From Lama glama (taxonomy: Eukaryota): DNA of 64,000 nt. The position numbers and the translations under genes were made by a program. Below are positions 40,747-52,878 of this stretch, piece after piece; the first letter of the stretch is position 1, and the number at the start of each line of letters is the position of its first letter. The stretch covers positions 38,814,001 through 38,878,000 of the forward strand of contig CM052817.1 of assembly GCA_028534125.1 (NCBI GenBank). Reading direction: 5' to 3'. The notes under the pieces are model-generated. The model worked only from the letters and a program-made list of their open reading frames with translations, was not told the origin of the DNA and searched no databases.

Positions 40747-41878
40747 GTAAGTCGGCTGCTCACCTGGGACTTGTGCAGCTGTCCACGGTGGGGGACACCT
40801 GGAGGGCATGGTGCTGTTTAGCGACTCTCACTCAGATTCAGACCAAGCTTGGGCATTGTGTTACCAGACGTGGGGGTCATCAGTGACTGGCCTCTTCTCT
40901 TCCCATTAAGTAGACCTGTTAGTGCTACTAACCACTTGACAGCTTGACACAGAATCACTTAACCATGATTCCCACGTCACACTGGGATTGTTAAAAATGT
41001 CGGCTGCTTAAGTACTGGCTTTTCATCCTGTCAAGTGGCTTCTTAGGGGAAACAGGGGCTGTCTCTTCTCTGCAGAGAATCCCAGAGCTAGAAGATTCTC
41101 CCAGGGCCTCAGGTCATCCATTCATTCCCTGCCTAGAATCCTGGGTGATTTCATCTGAACAGTTTATCATCTGAACAGTTTATCCTTTCTTAGTTTTGTA
41201 TGCATCGGGCCTCTACCTAAGATGGAATCCACAGTGTTTACCTCTATAGTCTGTTCTAGTGTTCGGGAGACTTTTCTGTGTGTCTTTCTTCTTTAAATGC
41301 ACTCTATAAAAGCAGAGAGCAGCTGGTTTCTGCCTTGTAATCACAGTCACTTGCTGAGCAAAATGAGGCCATGGGCCACACCCATGCCACACCCATGCCA
41401 CACCCTGCATCTCAGAGGACAGGCCAACCCCTGAGCCTGCAGAGCAGCATCCCAGATTACTCCACCAGCCAGGCATGGCGAAGCACCCCTCAGCCAAGAG
41501 ACCCTGGGGGCCCTGCTCCCTGTGTGCCTTCCTGGGGATCTGGAGTCTAGATCAGTGTGTGTGAGGCTCCCAGGGGTTTTTGTAGGAAACAAAGAAGTGT
41601 GCTTTGTTGAACCATGATTTTCGAGTGCGTTTGGCCCCAGTCCTTTCCCCTCCACCGTGAAACACCCAGTAACATCTCACGGAACACAGCCTGGGAGGAA
41701 CTGTTTATTTGGAGGTAGTCCCTGCCAGTTTTCAAGATAGAGGGAAATCTAACTATATACGAATAACAGAAATTAAATTATCTGTTTAATCCTGAGATTC
41801 CGTCTTTATCCAATAACATGTAAATTGTTCTTGTAATCTGTTTAACTGGTTTTTATTTCCGTACTCACTTGAATTCAG

Positions 41879-41975
41879 TTTTGGAGAATGGAATTTTTGC
41901 AAGTTCCTGAAACACCAGCTCCTGAGCCTGTTGAAGTCCTGGAAATGCAAGAAGACTGTCCAGAAGCCCAAATAG
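41879..41975 (+). CDS. WDFY3: WDFY3 exon FWRMEFLQVPE...PEAQI
   Basis: ttcag|TTT, G|gtattt; 97 nt phase 0/1. Confidence 0.95.
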
Positions 41976-44688
41976 GTATTTAATACTTTCTAAAAAGTAA
42001 TTCCATAATTTTCTTTTTTTTAAGTCATTACAAGCACACTTACATCAAACAACACAAGCAAGAGGCTGAGGCTGGGCGTTGCTGTCAGAAGCAGGAGCCC
42101 CGCCTGGTGTTGAAGGAGCCTGGTGTTGAAGGAGCCGGGCAGGCACGCCGAGTCCTCCGGTTCACCAGGCAACGCCCAGCGTGGTGGTGTCTTGTGGTCG
42201 GCTCCCGCGTCCCATGATAAATACGGTTATGAGCTCCCCGGAGCACCAGACGCTTGGGCTTTCGGTTCAGAAAAATAAAAGCCGACCTGGAGGGCACCGT
42301 GTTAGATAGACGGCCACACCTCAGACCCACGTCTGTCCCACCCGTGACTTAGACAGCTCAGTGTGAGGGACACAGGGCCATTAGGCTGGTAAACTCTTCA
42401 CAGAGGCAAACCAGAGTCCACGCCCTGGACCTGCTCAGGGAGGGCATTCATTCAAACAGAAGCCTGCTGATCTGTTATCAGCTGTATGTGAAGCACTTTA
42501 AAATTTTCCAGTGAAATATGGAGATAGATTATTTTTATGCAGAATGATTGGAAGCAATGCCATAAAGTCAGGCTAAGATCTGCTTTGAGTTACTGAAAGA
42601 AGCCATCCTCCATCGATTTAGAACACTTGGTACAAGACACTTCACAGAAAGGACCAGGGTTTTAAGTTTAACCTTTCGGTTGTCTCTTCGTGGTTAATGT
42701 CTGTGCCCTGAGGATTCAGCGTAAGCTTGACGATGTGAGGGAGTTACTAAGGGAAAAGGTGTATTATCAGAAAGGCATAAACCACCTGTCCTAGGAAGCC
42801 GAAAGTGGTTTTTACTGTCTTTGCCAGAACCGACGGACTGGGCATTTTAATGCTTGTACTACCTTAATGCACGTAAATGTCTACCTAGTCAAATGCAGCC
42901 CTGCTGAGAAAGTCATCTGGGTGTTGGGGGACCTAAAAATTCAGTTCTGTTCAGTAGGTATTTGGGAGTTAATAGCCACGTGTGTCGGATGCTGAGTTAA
43001 GCAGTCCAGTGAGAGGTGGGCCACTTTTACCTCCTTTAACAAAACTTTTGAGTGAATTACAGCGGACAGGGATGAATAAGAGAGACCGAAGTCAGGTCCA
43101 GGGAGGAGGGACATGTATGTCCTCATCCTCCTCGCGTATTCATACTGTGGTCAGAGTTTGGCAGAAGTGGCAGAGGGAGAGAGCAGCCCACGGGAGGGTT
43201 GACCTGGGATGGTGACAAGGTGGTGGGACTTGCGGGCAGTGGCCTGCTGAAAGGGACAGGGACAAGTGAGTGGTTCACTGGAAATCAAAGCCATTTTATT
43301 TGAAGCTTATTTGAAGACTATAAAATTAATGATCATAAACCATTGGGTGAAAAAAATTCACTGAAATTAGTCAACTAGTCTACTAATGTTAGCAAGTAGA
43401 AAGGAGGCAAATTATGTATCAGTCTTGCTAAAAAAATACGTGTAGTGGGCTGGTACTTGCATGCATGTGCATGCTCTTTTTTCCAATTACGTATATTTAT
43501 TTCTCATAAATATTCCCTCCAGTAGACTTTATTGCAGGACTTTGAGATGAAGAAATGCACAACAACAATAGAAAGAGGAAGAAAAACAAAATTCTAAATC
43601 ACAGCTTTCAACACACCTGGTAATAAGTCCCTTTGCAGGGCAGGGCCTGGCGAGCTCACAGATTGGGGCAGGGAGGAATGACTCACCAGTAGCAGGGACA
43701 GCCTGTAGACAGGCTGTGAACCCTGCGACCAGGTGCGAGAAGGTGGGCCCCTGCTGCTGGCTCTCCTTCCTGCCCTCCTGACTGGGACCCAGTGCCATTC
43801 AGATGCACCGGTGAAACCCCCTCGCACCTTTTCTTGTTCTCCACCCTGACTCCCAGTAAAAGCACTTGCCCAGGGGTCCTTCTGTATCTCCCCTGCGTGC
43901 TTGAGTCCCCTCCCTTGGCACTCCCTCCCAGGTGACCCCCATGCCCTGTGGCCCGCAGTGACTGTCTTGAGACCTCTGAGTGTAATAAACTTTTATTCCC
44001 CCCTCAAAAAACAAAATTAAAACTTTCATCAATAGTTCATTCATCTATGTTGTTGTCATTTCTATTGACTGCTCTATGGAAGACACCATGCTTGGGACTC
44101 CTCTCCAGCTGTTCACTGTCTTGTAAAAAGAATGTCCAAAAGTAATAGTTTGGGGTGAGAATTTCAAGTATGTGAGGGAGTCCAGAGGGACGGTTACTTC
44201 CTGTTGCAGGAATGAGGTAAGATTTTAGAGACAGAAGCATTTATGCTATGCCTTGGAAGACAGGCAACACTGGAAGACACAGAGACTGGGAAGACAGGTC
44301 TAGGCAGGGCCAGCCCGCGTGTGCAGAGTCAGCTGTAAGGAGGAGCAGGGCTGCGGAGAGAGCAGAGTCCGCGGCATCCAGCTGAACCGCGGTGGGAATG
44401 GGAGGCAGGTAGGTAGTGAAAAATTCACAGAGGCAGGTTTTGGCCAGACTGTGAAAGAATGAATGCCAAGCTGAGCATTTTGGCCAACGCATTCTCTGAA
44501 CTCAGAAATTCTACCGTTTAGCTAAAAGTACCTCGCTGAAAATTCTGACAATTTATTTTCTCTTACTGTACTAAGCTTCAAATACTAAGTCTGTTGTGTC
44601 TTAACTAGTAGAGGTAAAATACCAGTGGGACAAAGCTGGCTCTAACTGTAATGTGTGTGTGTTTCCTAATTCTCCCAATACTACCCAG

Positions 44689-45012
44689 GGCAGGAAGCCC
44701 AGGACGAGGACAGCAGCGACTCGGAAGGTGAGGAGCAGAGCATCAGCCAGGACCCCAGGGACACGCCCAGCCAGCCCAGCAGCACCAGCCACAGGCCCCG
44801 GGCGGCCTCCTGCCGAGCCACGGCCACCTTGTACAACGACAGTGGATCCGACGACTCCCGGCGCTGGTCCGACCAGCTCAGCCTCGATGAGAAGGACGGC
44901 TTCATCTTTGTGAACTATTCCGAGGGCCAGACCAGAGCCCACCTGCAGGCCCCCCTTACCCACCCCCACCCCAGCCCCATTGAAGTGCGGAACTACAGCA
45001 GATTGAAGCCCG
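44689..45012 (+). CDS. WDFY3: WDFY3 acidic-loop exon containing the LIR (DEKDGFIFVNY)
   Basis: cccag|GG, CCG|gtaact; 324 nt phase 1/1. Confidence 0.95.
44901..44912 (+). other. WDFY3: Codons of LC3-interacting region core FIFV (GABARAP-preferring LIR of ALFY)
   Basis: TTC ATC TTT GTG fits [WFY]xx[LIV], preceded by acidic DEKDG and followed by NY; established ALFY LIR. Confidence 0.9.
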
Positions 45013-45600
45013 GTAACTTGAAGTCTGGGGTCTGCTTCTCGCTCCTTGTGGGCGGTGTGAGGGTTGGCGGACTGAGGCAGGGGCTGTGGGGGCCACTCAC
45101 AGAGGGCCTCGAGCTGTTGCTTGTGCGCAGTGGACCTGGAGGCCCTTAGAGATTCTGCCCTGCAATGGTGTTTGCAGTATGTTGAGTGTTTTTTTGGATT
45201 TTTTTGTTTTTTTAAAGAAAAACACCTCAAACCAAAGACTTCATTCGTTCACAAATCATGAAAACCTCTGAAAATAGACAGGTTATAGATCACAGATAAG
45301 TAAATGTATTCACAGGTAACTTGCCTGTGACCGAGTCAGAGGCAGGATCCTCAGGTGGAGAAGTTGTATCTTGTCCTGAGGAGTTCCCCTTCTCTGTGTG
45401 TGTCTCTTTGAAGGGGACGATCTCTGACCTGGCCCGTAGCCAGTGTCAGGCTAGACTGTGCCTTCAACTGAGGCACCAGAAAGGCTGCCAGACTGTGCGT
45501 TGGGGGCACTGCAGCCATTGAGGGCACCAGGTTGGGCTGCACCCACAAATGTTGTTTCCCTTCGCTCTAGTAGGTCACTCCCCGCCCTCTTCCTCTCCAG

Positions 45601-45712
45601 GGTACCGGTGGGAACGGCAGCTGGTGTTCAGGAGTAAGCTGACGATGCACACTGCCTTTGACCGGAAGGACAACGCGCACCCAGCGGAAATCACCGCCCT
45701 GGGCGTCTCCAA
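45601..45712 (+). CDS. WDFY3: WDFY3 exon YRWERQLVFRSKLTMH...ALGVS
   Basis: tccag|GG, AA|gtaagt; 112 nt phase 1/2. Confidence 0.96.
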
Positions 45713-46105
45713 GTAAGTGTCAGACCTCTTCCCACCACTCTTCCCACTGGCTCCTTGCCCAGCCCGGGCCCACACCCTCCAGGCAATCTCTGGGGAGCAC
45801 AGGTTTCACCCGCATCATCACACGTGGCTTCAACAGACGATCAGAAGCAGCAGCCCGGCAGTGTGTGGATTCCACTTCGGAATTTAAAAAACAAAAAGCT
45901 CTCCCTTCTGTATTCTTCGAAGGTCCGGCAAGGTTTGATCCAAGGAGAGGGGAGACGGAAGAGTAAACCGGGCTCAGTTCTGCTCTTGCCCCTTTTCCCC
46001 CACCGCAGCGCCCTGGCCCGCGGGCAGCCTGCGTCACGGCAGGCTCTCCAGCCGAGGTGGTGCCGAGGCCTTCCCCGCGGTGACTCTGCGTCCTATCTCC
46101 TGCAG

Positions 46106-46303
46106 GGATCACAGCAGGATCCTCGTGGGCGACAGCCGAGGCCGCGTCTTCAGCTGGTCCGTGAGTGACCAGCCCGGCCGCTCCGCCGCCGACCACTGGG
46201 TGAAGGATGAAGGAGGGGACAGCTGTTCGGGCTGCTCGGTGCGGTTTTCCCTCACAGAAAGGCGGCACCATTGCAGGAACTGCGGTCAGCTCTTCTGCCA
46301 GAA
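46106..46303 (+). CDS. WDFY3: WDFY3 exon: last WD40 segment and FYVE N-half (WVKD...RRHHCRNCG)
   Basis: tgcag|G, AA|gtaaga; 198 nt phase 2/2; WxxD and R(R/K)HHCR FYVE motifs. Confidence 0.97.
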
Positions 46304-46429
46304 GTAAGATGAGGCGCAGTCTGTCTGTCTTGGGCTAAGCGCTCAAATATTCCCTTTGCCCGGCACACAGAGTCTGAGTTGCTGTGTGGACCCCGCTCCA
46401 GTGGGCTGTGTCACTTAAACCAGCTTCGC

Positions 46430-47620
46430 TTTCTCATCTTTCTTTTATTACCATTGCAAAGTATCTCTGTCATACCGGAAAAGACAGAGGCAGCCATCAC
46501 AGACACCTGGACACCCTGACTCAGAGTGGGAAGGTGCTCATGTTTTCCCATATTTGCATATAAAACATTACAGATTCACTTTAAGTCCTCTCTTCACGGA
46601 CACCAGTCACACCCTCTTCTCCATATTTTTGTGCTTTGACTGCATACATCTTATTCATAGACAACACTATTATTGTTTGTTGTATTTTCAGTTTACATAA
46701 ATACAGCATACCATCTGTACCCTTTGTAACTTGCTTTTTTTACTCAATGTTCTTTTTGAAATTATTCACGTAAATAACTATTATTCTAAGTTTTATTTTG
46801 ACTGCTGTCATATATCTTTTATACAAATACATCAAAATTTCTCCTTTCTTTTCATGGGCTCTTAAGGGATTTTTTCATTCTGTCAGTACTGTAAACAGTG
46901 CTGCAGTGCACACCCTTGTAAGTGCCCTCTTAATACACACGCTGGAGCGTCCTTAGAGGAGATACCTCAGAAGGGAATTGACAGATCGTAGACATACTGT
47001 TGAGCTTAGCTAGATGTTGCCAAATGACTCCCCAAAACATCCGTGCTAATTTACTCTGCCTCCAGCAGGGTATGTGGTTCTCCCAGTTCTTCCTCCTGCG
47101 TGGTGTTTGCCAGCCTTCTCCACTTGCACCGGGCTGAAGGCAGGCCACGAGATTGTTGTCAGACTCAGTGCTCCTGAGTCTGAACATCTTTTCATATGCT
47201 TATTGCCAATTTGAGTTTCCTCTTGGGTGACTTGGCCTGTCTTCCTCTGAGTCTGCCCTTCTGTTTTTCTCCACCTACTCGAGGTGTTATTTGCGTATCA
47301 CGGACTCTCATCCTTTGTCTGTTAGGTGTCTTCCAGATACCTTCTGCCAGTCTGTGGCTTGTGTTTTAACTTTATGCATGTTTTTTGTGTCACACAAGTT
47401 TTAAATTTCGTTGTAGTCACGTGAGTGATTTTTGCTTTTTTCTGTCTTAAAATCTTTCCCTGTGCTGAGGTCATAAAGATGACCTTGTTTACTTTCTTTC
47501 GAAAATTTCAAAGTTTTGTTTTTCACATTTAGGTCTTTAGGTCCAGATGCATTTGGAATTTATTTGGGGGTGTGACGTGGGGCAGGAATCTCTTATGCTC
47601 CCCTGTGTGAAAAGCCTGCT
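46430..47620 (-). mobile_element. Degenerate old L1 3' region
   Basis: gaacatcttttcatatgcttattgcc; ttctgccagtctgtggcttgtg; aagttttaaattt are antisense L1 hallmarks. Confidence 0.75.
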
Positions 47621-47899
47621 GTCCCACCATCGCTGACTCGGATGCCGTCTCTGTCGTGCCCTGGGGTCCCACCGGGCACGTGCGGTGCTCCCTTCCCACA
47701 GCAGACGGCAGGAGAGTTCCCGTAGGCAGTACTCTCTAACGCTCACGTGGCCTCACTAGGGAGCGGCCTTCACAGAACACAGAGTGTTTGTGTGTCGTCG
47801 TTTCTGAGCCAGTCACTGAGGGGCGTTAGCTTATGAGAAAGGACGTGGCCTTGGACTTCCTCTGACCAAATGCTCCCTAGGCTGTGTCCATTTTATTAT

Positions 47900-48085
47900 C
47901 TCAGGTATGTTTCTCACCCTCTCTGAGCTTCAGTTTCTTTATCATCTGTAAGATGCAGGTAATTACACACACACACACACACCCCCCACTGCTGAAGGTG
48001 TTGAGAGAATTAAATGAAATCATGTATGAGGTTTGTAAAGCACCAGGAGTAAGGTCTGGCAATATAGGTGTTCAGTAAGAAACGT
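47900..48085 (+). mobile_element. MIR SINE with internal (CA)n
   Basis: ctctctgagcttcagtttctttatcatctgtaagatg...gttgagagaattaaatgaaatcatgtatg. Confidence 0.7.
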
Positions 48086-49336
48086 TATTATAATCATTCA
48101 TTTTTTTCTCAGACTAACGTCTTAAACTTTGCTCCTGGGAGGTCTGATTCAAGATGAGGTGGCCAGAATGTTGTTGCCAGCCGTCTCTTATGGGAAGTTC
48201 TGTGAGGCTGACGGAGGATTCTGTCTTGCGGGTCTGTGCTTGAGAAGCCCGCTCTCTAAAGTGGTGATCTAGTAATTTCTGGCAGTCAGCATCTCTGTAC
48301 ATACCGGGCACACATCTGTTCTTCGTAATGTTTAGTTTTCCAAGTATTGCTTAAATGTAGGTAATTCTTTAAATTACCCATTGCTGTCAAATGTCGGATG
48401 GAGGCTTTATTTGAAAAACCCAGCCCAACAGTGGTTGATGACGACAGAGGAGGCCCAGCAAGGAAGAGCTGTCTCACAGGGCGCGGCCCTGCCGGTGGTC
48501 TCCGTGCCCTCAGTTGCTGAGAGAGCTGGTCAGTGTTCCTGAGGGTCTCGTCAAAGTCCAGTAACAGTGCTTGAACCCCCTTGGGCTGGTAGCACTTCAT
48601 TTATTCTCTGGACACTTTTACTGGCAGATTAATGGAGGGGATAGAGTTCTCTTCTTCAGTCTTGTGAAGTACAGGCTTAAAGTGATGAAGTGCCACATCC
48701 AAGGTCATGTGCTGCCCTGTGCTAGGAATGGGGATACTTCCTATAAAAAAGAACTTGAACATCTCTAAGTATAGTCTACTTCAAGGAGTTCTATCAAGAT
48801 AAACAGAAAATGAGAACATTTGGACCAGACAGAAAAGCCAAACTACCTGTTATAGAAATGACTGAGGAGTGAATCCAAGTGTTTAAAAGCCCAAAGGAAC
48901 TTGATGGTGACCAAAGTGCCTTTTAAAATGGGTAGTAAGTCCTCTTTTGCCAAAAGAAAAAAGTCAGGCTCCAAGTAAAGACACCTCCCAAGTGTACAGG
49001 CCGTGAGGACCCGTCCTGCACAGGCCTTGTACCTGTTTGGACCCGTTGGCTTCATCCTGAAGGAAAATTTTTTTTTTTCCAAATTCTCTGCAGTCAAATA
49101 AATGGCTTGCCTAGGTTTAGTACTGCTTTTCTCCGTAGACTGAGACAGCGTTCATTTGGGTCCTTGGTCAGACCACGTGAGGCAAACCGTGTGCCCTTGG
49201 CACCCCTCTGGCCCCGGATGCTCCTTGGCACTATCCTTACCACAAGCTTCCCATTTAGTTTTCAGACCAGCGTTTCTGAGCCCAGTGATCAAAGATGGAG
49301 AAGTCCCGTAACTGCTTGATTTTGCTTTTCCTTTAG

Positions 49337-49460
49337 GTGCAGCCGATTTCAGTCAGAAATCAAACGCTTGAAAATTTCATCCCCGGTACGTGTTTGTCAG
49401 AACTGTTATTACAATTTACAGCATGAGAGGGGTTCAGAAGATGGCCCTCGAATTTGTTGA
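49337..49460 (+). CDS. WDFY3: WDFY3 terminal coding exon CSRFQSEIKRLKISSPVRVCQNCYYNLQHERGSEDGPRIC*
   Basis: tttag|G acceptor; RVC FYVE motif; TGA at 49458-49460. Confidence 0.97.
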
Positions 49461-50826
49461 AGATTCCACAAGCTGATTGGAGACCATGGTCTGTAGACCC
49501 CTCCCCGATGCCCCCCGCCCCCCGTCACAGCTCGCAGCTCGGAAAGCGTGGACAGTCTCCGTTGACACATCTCCATACCACCTGTTTGAAGTATGGAACT
49601 CAGAGGGATCACTGAACAAACGGGTGTGGAGAGCAGTCATGGGGCAGGCACTTCAGGTGAACAGCGCAGGAAGAGTATGAGGTGGTTCCTACGAGCAGCA
49701 GTGTCCGTATCCGATTCTCCCTTGACAATAGCTGTCTCCAAGAGAAATCCTCACTTACTAACTGTCTTTTTCTTGCGTCTCATTTTTGTAGAGCTACTCA
49801 TCCTTATTTGGAAAAACCAACGACTACAAAAAAAAAAAAGGCTTTTAGAAAATGGTTGTAAATCTGACTTCTTTGCAAGTAACTGTGTATATTGTAAATA
49901 GGTACAAAGGCCTTTTTTCTAAATAAGGACTTAACTGCCTGTAACATGAGACTTCAAACTAAACCACTGACTCAATGAACTACTTACGATTTGTCTGACA
50001 TCGCTCACCAATTAATTATAAATATGTTTTTTTAAATCCTCAAAGACATTATCTGTGGTCTTTTTTTTCCCACCCCCCTTTCTATCCCAGCCCATGTGCC
50101 CATGTCCTTTCTTTCAAGTTGCCCACAGTATCTCCACTTAACTTAGGCTAATAACCAAAACAATGTAATGGGGACCTTCTTGAGGAAACAGTGTGGGAGA
50201 ATAGGAGTCTGGGTGCAAGATACCCTGGACATATGTGGGTGTCTCAGACGTGGCTGTGTACCACCTCAGTGTTGTTCTCGTGTTGTAAGACCCCACGTAA
50301 ACGTCTCTTTGGACTGCTCTTTGGTCGTCACATACCTTCTTAGCACTGCGTGGCGGGGGTCCCAACGCAGTGCAGGACAGCCCTGCTTCAACTAGTGGAC
50401 GTGTATTTGCATGTAGCCCAAAGTAGCTGCTCTTGCGTAGAACAGAAGTACGTGTCTGGTGACACTCATGTTCTGCTATAGCTTATTTTCAAAAAAGGGT
50501 TAAAAAAAAAGAAAAAAGTGTACTGTACAGAATTAACATATAAACCTTGTTGTAAAACTGGATCATGTCAGAACTGCTTATAATTAACCTTTACCATTTA
50601 ATGCCATCTACCTGAAAACAGTGAGATTTATACTGTATCAATGTCTATTTTTTTGTTTTTTTGCTATGAATATAGTTACAGTATTTTAATATTTAGTTAT
50701 TTAATTTGTTCTACTAGTTGGATACAGAACACACAAATCCAGGGAGACTAAAGCTGGTAGGGGCTAAGAGATTAGTTTACAGAAAAAGGCTTTGGTGGTG
50801 GGATTTTTTTAAATGTGTGTTATGTA

Positions 50827-50857
50827 CATATATATATATATATATATACATATATAT
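50827..50857. repeat. (TA)n microsatellite in 3' UTR
   Basis: catatatatatatatatatatacatatatata. Confidence 0.9.
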
Positions 50858-51355
50858 AAAAAACAAATGAAACAATTAATCTAGATTTTAACATTTTCAG
50901 ATATTTAGTGATAATATTATGAACAATTCTAAAAAGCCCTGTGATCTGAAAAATGTAGACACAGTCATGGCCCAAGAAAGGAAGGACGTTCACAGGCCTT
51001 CACACCTCATGGGGTTTCATACGAAGGACAGCGGCTTTGGCTTTCCCGACGTTTCATCTTTAGGCCCTGGTGACAGGCACACTTATGCACTAAAATGCAC
51101 ATATATGCACATGCATTCAAAATAGGCATTGGTACAACAGTAATCTTGTACCTAATGGGCTGAAACCAGCTTAAGAACAAATTTGTTCTTCCTGATAACT
51201 AGGTCTCCAAGAGAAAATATAAAGGCTGCTTTAGTGCCTTATGCTTACTAAATTTAAACCTGTATTTACCTAGGTTTGAGCCTACAGTCTATTTATGATT
51301 ACATATCAAAATTGATTACAACACTTCCATTTCTAAAAGTTCAAATATACTTGTT

Positions 51356-51361
51356 AATAAA
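51356..51361 (+). terminator. Proximal polyadenylation signal
   Basis: AATAAA with GU/U-rich tract (gttgtgttctgttttcctttctgtgtc) about 37 nt downstream. Confidence 0.6.
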
Positions 51362-51701
51362 AGGATTATTGGCATTAATACTTTAACTTGAAGAGAAGTT
51401 GTGTTCTGTTTTCCTTTCTGTGTCTTACCCCTCCCTGCCCCCACCTCCTTACTTCAATTCTCGTAAATGATGCTGGATGTTCAGCAGTTGCAGGAGTCGT
51501 GCCCTGGCGTCGCCACAGGCTCTGCCCCTGTCCGGCCGTGTAGTTGAGCGGTAGCAGTGTTATTCTACACTTTTTAAAAGACGTGTCCTCCTTGTGTCCA
51601 TGACCCATGTCTACCCCAAACCCAACGGCAGAGGTGTTCTTTAAAGACTTGAATATATGAATGTCTGTATGTAGTTACTTAAAGGTTATTCCTCTGTGTA
51701 A

Positions 51702-52201
51702 NNNNNNNNNNNNNNNNNNNNNNNNNNNNNNNNNNNNNNNNNNNNNNNNNNNNNNNNNNNNNNNNNNNNNNNNNNNNNNNNNNNNNNNNNNNNNNNNNNN
51801 NNNNNNNNNNNNNNNNNNNNNNNNNNNNNNNNNNNNNNNNNNNNNNNNNNNNNNNNNNNNNNNNNNNNNNNNNNNNNNNNNNNNNNNNNNNNNNNNNNNN
51901 NNNNNNNNNNNNNNNNNNNNNNNNNNNNNNNNNNNNNNNNNNNNNNNNNNNNNNNNNNNNNNNNNNNNNNNNNNNNNNNNNNNNNNNNNNNNNNNNNNNN
52001 NNNNNNNNNNNNNNNNNNNNNNNNNNNNNNNNNNNNNNNNNNNNNNNNNNNNNNNNNNNNNNNNNNNNNNNNNNNNNNNNNNNNNNNNNNNNNNNNNNNN
52101 NNNNNNNNNNNNNNNNNNNNNNNNNNNNNNNNNNNNNNNNNNNNNNNNNNNNNNNNNNNNNNNNNNNNNNNNNNNNNNNNNNNNNNNNNNNNNNNNNNNN
52201 N
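51702..52201. other. Assembly gap (500 N)
   Basis: Run of exactly 500 n. Confidence 1.
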
Positions 52202-52872
52202 TGCAGTTCGTTTGTCCTTCCATCCATCCATCTGTCCATTTATTCATTCATGTGTTCTGACACTCGTGTCTGGTATGCAACTGTCACGTCATGCTTTTGA
52301 GGAGGAGAATAGCTGCCCCTAGCAGCCATCCGCCTGGATAATAGCAAAACACTCTAGATACGTTATTTTGCACTTTCTTATGTATAAAGTTGGTAGAAAC
52401 TTATTTTTGCTTTGTATCATTTAAATACATTTTGTTTTGGTAAATGAACTGTGTATAAAATATTTATGCCGTTAAAACTGTTTTTAGAGAGTATTTTTAA
52501 TTTCAGCAAGTTTGGTTACTTGTTGCATGACAATTAACACAGCTGACTTTTTGTGTCAGTGCAATGTATATTTTTTTTGTCCTGTTATTAACTTGTAAGC
52601 CCTAGTAATGGCCAATTATTTGTACAGCAACAGAAGTAAATTGAAGATACTGGCTAAGACTGGATTGATTGTGGACTTTTGTACTATATTGCAGAATCCG
52701 ATTATCTGTTCTTTGGTGGTTATGTAAAAGGCCTGGAGAATTACTATCTAGTGTGCAATCTGTGATAACTGAATGTTCATTGTATATCTGTCTCTGATGC
52801 AAAAAGGTAGAGTAACACAATTACAATACATGATTAAATGCAATAGTCCAGATACTTTTTTTTTTCATTTCA

Positions 52873-52878
52873 AATAAA
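52873..52878 (+). terminator. Distal polyadenylation signal
   Basis: AATAAA preceded by a U-run at the end of the AU-rich UTR block. Confidence 0.7.

Noticed and set aside
41150..42140. Short direct duplications (tcatctgaacagttta x2, ccacacccatg, gcctggtgttgaaggagcc x2; also 5463, 11565, 31725)
   Set aside because: Ordinary slippage duplications; no spacers, not CRISPR-like or any array
44601..46271. Long minus-strand ORFs (209 aa, 183 aa; also 40237-40809)
   Set aside because: Antisense shadows of GC-rich WDFY3 exons; no recognisable domain
49458..49470. Possible stop-codon readthrough or selenocysteine TGA
   Set aside because: Context TGA-AGA is not the TGA-CTAG readthrough motif, the position matches the known C-terminus, and no SECIS was recognised
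51661..52260. 180-199 aa ORFs
   Set aside because: Artefacts of the N gap
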